DNA from: Leidyana gryllorum EB-2025a
Taxonomy: Eukaryota; Protista; Apicomplexa
Direction: 5' to 3'
Assembly (NCBI GenBank): GCA_048772705.1
Contig: JBLWGC010000035.1
Location: forward strand, 186,001 to 250,000
DNA length: 64,000 bases
In this document: piece after piece, positions 59,432 to 64,000 of the stretch
Position numbering within the stretch: the first letter of the stretch is position 1
Layout of the letters: each line of letters begins with the position of its first letter
The notes under the pieces: generated by a model
Database searches by the model: none
What the model saw: the letters and a program-made list of their open reading frames with translations, nothing else
Told to the model about the DNA's origin: nothing
Made by a program: the position numbers and the translations under genes

Positions 59432-60162
59432 TCAGCCCTCGAACGCCACTAATTTCTGCAGTCTTCGCCAGAAGACGGCAGTTGTGGCATAAATGGAGAC
59501 GGGCGTATCCGTCCAAATCTTCCACGACTCTAACGTGTCGTGGTCACCTGCCAACACCCGCTCCAAATACCACATATCATAGAGACTGAACCACCCGACG
59601 GGTCCTTTAAGGGATTTGAAGCTTTTCACGGGGCGCCTCAGAGTATCCTGCGCTGAGATCAAAGATGTCCACCACTCATTGAACCGCTGTAGTTTCTCGC
59701 CCTCGATACGGCCGACTATCTCTCCCGGGTGTAACCGTTCATCCACCGCTTCCCGCAGAGTCTCCCACACTGCGGCAGTTTTCGCTTCCAAATTCCAGAG
59801 ATCGTTGCTGATGGGCGCCCCGATGTGCTGCAACACTTTGTATAATGTCTCCCGATGGCACTGTCCAGACACCAATTCCAGCAGAACTGTCGTCCAGGGC
59901 TCCTCCAGGAAGGCTATTCCGTGCAATCCCAATCTCACAGAACGTCCGGTGAGGAGTTGGACTTCGTGGAGGACCAAATAAGTCCACAATATGTCTCTCG
60001 GATGTGTCACCAAATCCGTCACAATCTGAGAGATTTGGTGTTTTATGATTACTTCCTTAAATCGCAATGCCGTCTCCATGTTGGAGGGCAGATGCTTCAT
60101 GCGACAGCTTCGGACGCATTTCTCGGGTAACAGTGCGGAGTCCTGCGGGTCGATGATCGCCC
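59432..60162 (-). pseudogene. F-box-array copy E, 3' portion only, interrupted by retrotransposon
   Basis: Identity to copies B-D stops abruptly at ...gatgatcgccc|tgagcc. Confidence 0.9.
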
Positions 60163-60341
60163 TGAGCCGTGTGAATGGCTCACGTTAACCTCCGAGGCTG
60201 CGGGGGTTCCTATAGGCTTACTCAACATAGGCGTGTCGCTCATTAGTTATCAACTAGCTCTGATCTATTTACAAAAGACTAAAAGGATGTCGGCGACATA
60301 ACATTGCCTTCGCGTTTTGCCTCACTGCGCCTGACCGCTCA
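60163..60341 (-). repeat. 3' LTR (179 bp), termini TGAGC...GCTCA
   Basis: TG..CA ends with 5 bp inverted repeat; bounded by the PPT on one side and the host-gene junction on the other. Confidence 0.8.
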
Positions 60342-60342
60342 G

Positions 60343-60352
60343 CTCCCCTCCC
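60343..60352 (-). other. Polypurine tract GGGAGGGGAG
   Basis: Between the pol stop (60363) and the LTR start. Confidence 0.8.
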
Positions 60353-60362
60353 GCCGCGTCCC

Positions 60363-63300
60363 TCAATCGATTACCACTCTAGAGGGCGCGCGGCGCTTCT
60401 TAGCGGGCGGGCCGTCCGCCGTGGGTCGTAGCGGATCTTCCACCCGCGCTCGCCCCTGCAAGACGACATCCTCCACAGTAACGTCCTTGGGCCAGCCCCG
60501 ATTCAAAGGCCTCTCTCGTAGCCACTGCCCTTCGTTCTTCTCCACGTGGTCGACGGTAAGTTGGAAGAGTGACCCGGGGATAGCAGCGGGCAGTGGGGTA
60601 AGCTTCCGGAGCGCTACTGTACGCAGCTCCTCGGCCCGGCCCAGGTGCGCCACTGTGGCACTACCGTCCCGGACTCGCACCACGCGACACGGCAGGGAGT
60701 GGCGGAAGCTAGACGACGTGGGGCCGTGGAGATCTGCTTGCAGCATAGCGTCTCGGGCTTCCTTGGACGCCTCGGTCAGGACCCAGTCACCTACTGTTAT
60801 CGCCTTGGCGGGTTGCGCCTCCAGCGCCCGCGTTCGCTGCGCCAGCACCCACCCTACGTACCCTTGCAACCGGTGGGCGCGCTGTTGCGCGACTCTAGCC
60901 TCGTTGTTGTCTTGTCGCAGCGCCTGCCAACCGGCGATCGCCGGCTCGAACCCCATCAACATGTAGAACGGCGACCGCGCCGTAGCTACATGGGGCGTGG
61001 CGTTATAGGCCATCACTAGCGACGCGACCAGAGTCTCCAGCGGCTCCGCGGTGCCCTCGGCTACCAGAGCGTCAACGCCCCGCTTGAGAAACTCGTGCGA
61101 GGCCTCGTTGATCCCGTTGCCTTGCGGGTAATGAGCCGTGGTGAAGTAGTGGGTACACCCCATTTCGATGTCCACAAGCTCGCGAAAGGCAGCCCCCTGG
61201 AACACCGATCCTCTGTCGGTAAGTATCGCGGTAGGGACCTGGAAGGTATAGAGCCACTTCTCCCGGAGGGCCTTGGCCACGCTCTTGGCCGTTGGGGGCT
61301 CCCACAGTACCTCCACTACCATGAATCGCGAGTAATGATCCACGATCACCACCCACCAGTAAGCTTCCCCTTTCCATCGTCTCGGCCCGACGAGGTCGAT
61401 ACTGACTATCTCGCACGGCCACGGCTTAGTCAACATGCCCACGAGGGCCCGCTTCGTCGGCTTACGGAGTCGCTGACACACGATGCACGCCCTGACATAC
61501 TCTGCGGCCTGCTCGGACATCCCTGGCCAGTAGACCCACTGCCGCATAAGCCTCAGCATCCGGTTTACCGCCACGTGCATCCCGGCCTTCCCGCAGTGGA
61601 ACCAGTATAAGAGGGTCTCTCGCCAGTCTGGTGGAATCCACAGCTTCGTACTCCCTATTTTGTAATACAGGCCTTCCGGCCCTTTTCTTATCAGATTCTC
61701 CTCTCCCGGAGGGATCGATTTAGACGCCTCTCGTAACTGAGGGATCGACGGGAGCAACGGGGGTGGCCAGATCTGCGCGACTGCCTCAGCCTCGAAGAGC
61801 GGCACGCAATACTCTTCCATATCTATCCCGCCTTCGTCATCTGCTGGGTGCCGCGACAAGTAATCGGCCACGACGTTGTCCTCCCCTTCTAGGTAGATGA
61901 ACTCCAAGTCGTACTGCTGTAAGAACAGCGACCAGCGCAGGAACTTGCCATCCTGCATCGCGTTGAAATACTTCAGCGCGGCATGGTCCGTAATTACGAA
62001 GGTCTTGCGGGTGCGGATGTAGTCGTGGAACTTCTTTACAGCCCACACCACTGCGAATGCTTCCTGTTCCGACGTGCTCCACCTGGTCTCCGCGTCAGTC
62101 AACTTCTTACTAGCATATTCCAGGGTCACCAGCGTCCCCTCTTGGGCTTGCATCAGCACCGCCCCGACCCCTTTCTTACAGGCATCCGTGTTAATCACGA
62201 ACAGCCCAGGGCCCTTAGGATAGGCCAGTAAGGCCGCTTCGGCGATTCCCTTCTTAACTAGCGCGAACGCTCGTTGCTGCTCGGGACCCCACTCGAAGGG
62301 GTGACTCTGCTTGGTGAGAGACGTCAGTGGCTCCGCGATCGTGCTGTAATCCTGCACGAACTTTCTCAAGTAGCTACTCATCCCCAAGAACTCCCGTAGC
62401 TCTCTCAAATTCGTGGGTGCAGGTGCGTTTACGATCCCCTGCACCTTCTTCGGACTCGGCCTGATGCCTTCCCGACTTACTCTAAACCCTAGCATGTTGA
62501 CCTCTCGCCTGTACAGCTCCGTCTTCTTGAGCTTGAAGAAGAACCCTGCTTCCCTCGCCGCCGCCAGTACCTCTCGCAGCGTCGCGTCGTGTTCCTCCTT
62601 CGTGTCACCCCAAATGGTGATATCGTCAATGTACCTCGTCGCGCAACGGACGGAACCGAAGGCTAGATCTAACGCGCGTTGACACTCGCTCGGAGAATTA
62701 CGCACTCCGAACGGGAGCACCGTGTACTCGTAAGTGCCAGCGTGGGTGATCATCGCGGTGTACGGCATACTCCCCTCCTCTAGCCTTACGTTCCAGAAAC
62801 CGTTGGCGCAATCTAGAGCCGAGTACCACTCGTGCCCGGCTGCCAATTGGCACAGGTCCCACACGTGAGGCAGGGGGTACGCGTCCGGTACCATCTGCGC
62901 GTTGAGAGGGCGGTAATCTACTACAATCCGCCACTCCCCAGTCTTCTTCTTTACAAATAAGGGGCTTGCACCCCACGGGCTCTTACTCGGCCTGATTACA
63001 CCAGCCTTGAGCATACTCTGGAGTTGCTTATCCAACTCCTCCTTCAACTCCGCGGTCAGCGGTCTCAACCTTGCCCTATACGGCTTCCCGTAAACCTCGA
63101 AGCTGGCGGTGCTGACCTTAACTCGCCCCGGCACCGGGTCCAGCCAGGCATCTTTATACTCCCACCAGATGTCCCACAGCTCAGAGACCCTCTCCGGACT
63201 CAAGTGACTCGTGATCGCATGAAACGTAGCTCGAGCCTCGGCTTTCTTTTCTTCGTCGGTAGCCCCTATCTCGTAGCCTGTAACGACGTCTTTAGCCGCA

Positions 63301-63995
63301 TTGGCTCGCTTCTCTTCCTCCGTAAGCTCAACCATCAGCGCCTCGACCCTCCTAGGCAGTAACTGGCCCTCGAGAGGGTCCAGCAACAGCCCGCTGGTCT
63401 TCAACGCGTCCATACCTACTAGTAACTGGTCATGATGCGTCTCGACTACCCAAAACGATTGCTCAAAGCCAACCCCTCCAATCTCCAACTTTACAGGTTC
63501 GAGCTTCCGGCCCCTCGCGGTACCCAGCCCGGCGAAGTTTACCGTATCACCGGTAGCCCTTAACCCGAACTTCTTACGCAACGAAGGCCCGCAGACACTG
63601 AAAGCCGCTCCTGTGTCGACTATCGCCTCGAACTCTACTCCGTTGATCTTTACGGGCATCCGGAAAGCCTTTCCGAACCCGTTCGGCGAGCAGCGATACA
63701 CCTCTCTCTCGCCAAGGTAATCTTTGAGCAGGCGGCAGGTCTCCTCGAGGACTCCTTCATCGTCGGTCTCGCTCGACGAGTCCTCGGCCTCGCACACCTT
63801 GGCGTCCGCTTTCTCCTCTTCCGCTGCTTTCTTCTTGGCGGCCTCCTTGAGCTCTCGGTAATGCTTCGCTTTACGCTCTCTAACTTTCGCTGCTCGACTT
63901 CGCAAGATCTCCAACAGCTCTTCCGCGCTTACGATCTTCTCTTCGGCTGAATACGGCTCCTTAGACTGAAGCACGTGACCTGCCCGGGTCTCCAT
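60363..63995 (-). CDS. pol: Gypsy Pol polyprotein (may extend upstream of the window)
   Basis: IVDTGA protease; LPFG and YIDD RT; TDAC RNase H; H..H..CIVC and D-D-E integrase; C-terminal PPAKKRR. Confidence 0.95.
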   Translation of the reverse strand: METRAGHVLQSKEPYSAEEKIVSAEELLEILRSRAAKVRERKAKHYRELKEAAKKKAAEEEKADAKVCEAEDSSSETDDEGVLEETCRLLKDYLGEREVYRCSPNGFGKAFRMPVKINGVEFEAIVDTGAAFSVCGPSLRKKFGLRATGDTVNFAGLGTARGRKLEPVKLEIGGVGFEQSFWVVETHHDQLLVGMDALKTSGLLLDPLEGQLLPRRVEALMVELTEEEKRANAAKDVVTGYEIGATDEEKKAEARATFHAITSHLSPERVSELWDIWWEYKDAWLDPVPGRVKVSTASFEVYGKPYRARLRPLTAELKEELDKQLQSMLKAGVIRPSKSPWGASPLFVKKKTGEWRIVVDYRPLNAQMVPDAYPLPHVWDLCQLAAGHEWYSALDCANGFWNVRLEEGSMPYTAMITHAGTYEYTVLPFGVRNSPSECQRALDLAFGSVRCATRYIDDITIWGDTKEEHDATLREVLAAAREAGFFFKLKKTELYRREVNMLGFRVSREGIRPSPKKVQGIVNAPAPTNLRELREFLGMSSYLRKFVQDYSTIAEPLTSLTKQSHPFEWGPEQQRAFALVKKGIAEAALLAYPKGPGLFVINTDACKKGVGAVLMQAQEGTLVTLEYASKKLTDAETRWSTSEQEAFAVVWAVKKFHDYIRTRKTFVITDHAALKYFNAMQDGKFLRWSLFLQQYDLEFIYLEGEDNVVADYLSRHPADDEGGIDMEEYCVPLFEAEAVAQIWPPPLLPSIPQLREASKSIPPGEENLIRKGPEGLYYKIGSTKLWIPPDWRETLLYWFHCGKAGMHVAVNRMLRLMRQWVYWPGMSEQAAEYVRACIVCQRLRKPTKRALVGMLTKPWPCEIVSIDLVGPRRWKGEAYWWVVIVDHYSRFMVVEVLWEPPTAKSVAKALREKWLYTFQVPTAILTDRGSVFQGAAFRELVDIEMGCTHYFTTAHYPQGNGINEASHEFLKRGVDALVAEGTAEPLETLVASLVMAYNATPHVATARSPFYMLMGFEPAIAGWQALRQDNNEARVAQQRAHRLQGYVGWVLAQRTRALEAQPAKAITVGDWVLTEASKEARDAMLQADLHGPTSSSFRHSLPCRVVRVRDGSATVAHLGRAEELRTVALRKLTPLPAAIPGSLFQLTVDHVEKNEGQWLRERPLNRGWPKDVTVEDVVLQGRARVEDPLRPTADGPPAKKRRAPSRVVID

Positions 63996-64000
63996 TACAC

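Larger units (their letters stand above)
50881..60162 (-). repeat. Tandem array, ~2.63-2.65 kb unit (~2.0 kb gene plus ~0.64 kb spacer)
   Basis: Starts at 50880, 53511, 56150 and 58781; stops at 51514, 54159, 56784 and 59432; same spacer inverted at 45431-46069. Confidence 0.95.
60163..64000 (-). mobile_element. Ty3/Gypsy LTR retrotransposon (5' part beyond window)
   Basis: PR-RT-RH-IN domain order, PPT and 3' LTR. Confidence 0.95.

Noticed and set aside
50881-60162. Pure assembly duplication artefact
   Set aside because: The copies carry distinct substitutions and indels, and one has a specific TE insertion; long-read confirmation is still desirable
60304-61610. Plus-strand ORFs of 120-220 aa
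   Set aside because: Antisense shadows of the GC-rich pol gene
46070-64000. Diversity-generating retroelement (variable repeats beside an RT)
   Set aside because: The RT is a Gypsy pol with integrase, the substitutions are not adenine-specific, and there is no TR/VR pair
1-64000. tRNA, rRNA or snRNA genes
   Set aside because: None recognised by eye; a covariance-model scan would be needed

Overview
Eukaryotic DNA from a very compact, intron-containing apicomplexan genome, most consistent with a gregarine or Cryptosporidium-side lineage. The evidence is a class XIV myosin A, a Cys-repeat oocyst wall protein, ~40-55 nt GT-AG introns and an LTR retrotransposon; the taxon itself is inference. 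Positions 1-44 kb are dense housekeeping sequence: a USP C-terminus, clathrin light chain, DPH6, LTN1, DPH2, a very divergent H2A with an acidic tail, myosin A, SLC35F6-like and spinster-like transporters, a >4,000 aa DUF3638/DUF3645 helicase-like ATPase, PAM16, NASP, U1A/U2B'' and an oocyst wall protein. Many head-to-head pairs have only 18-67 bp between start codons and share a T6-9 tract. Positions 45-60 kb are an accessory locus, a ~2.64 kb-unit array of ~660 aa N-terminal F-box-like genes (4 intact, 3 broken). The copies form two convergent arms around a frameshifted, catalytically degenerate HSP70-like gene. They show mosaic hypervariable blocks on a near-invariant C-terminal half. The last copy is interrupted by a Ty3/Gypsy element with an intact pol and a 179 bp LTR. 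All calls are from motif recognition by eye, with no database searches, and exon boundaries are manual estimates.
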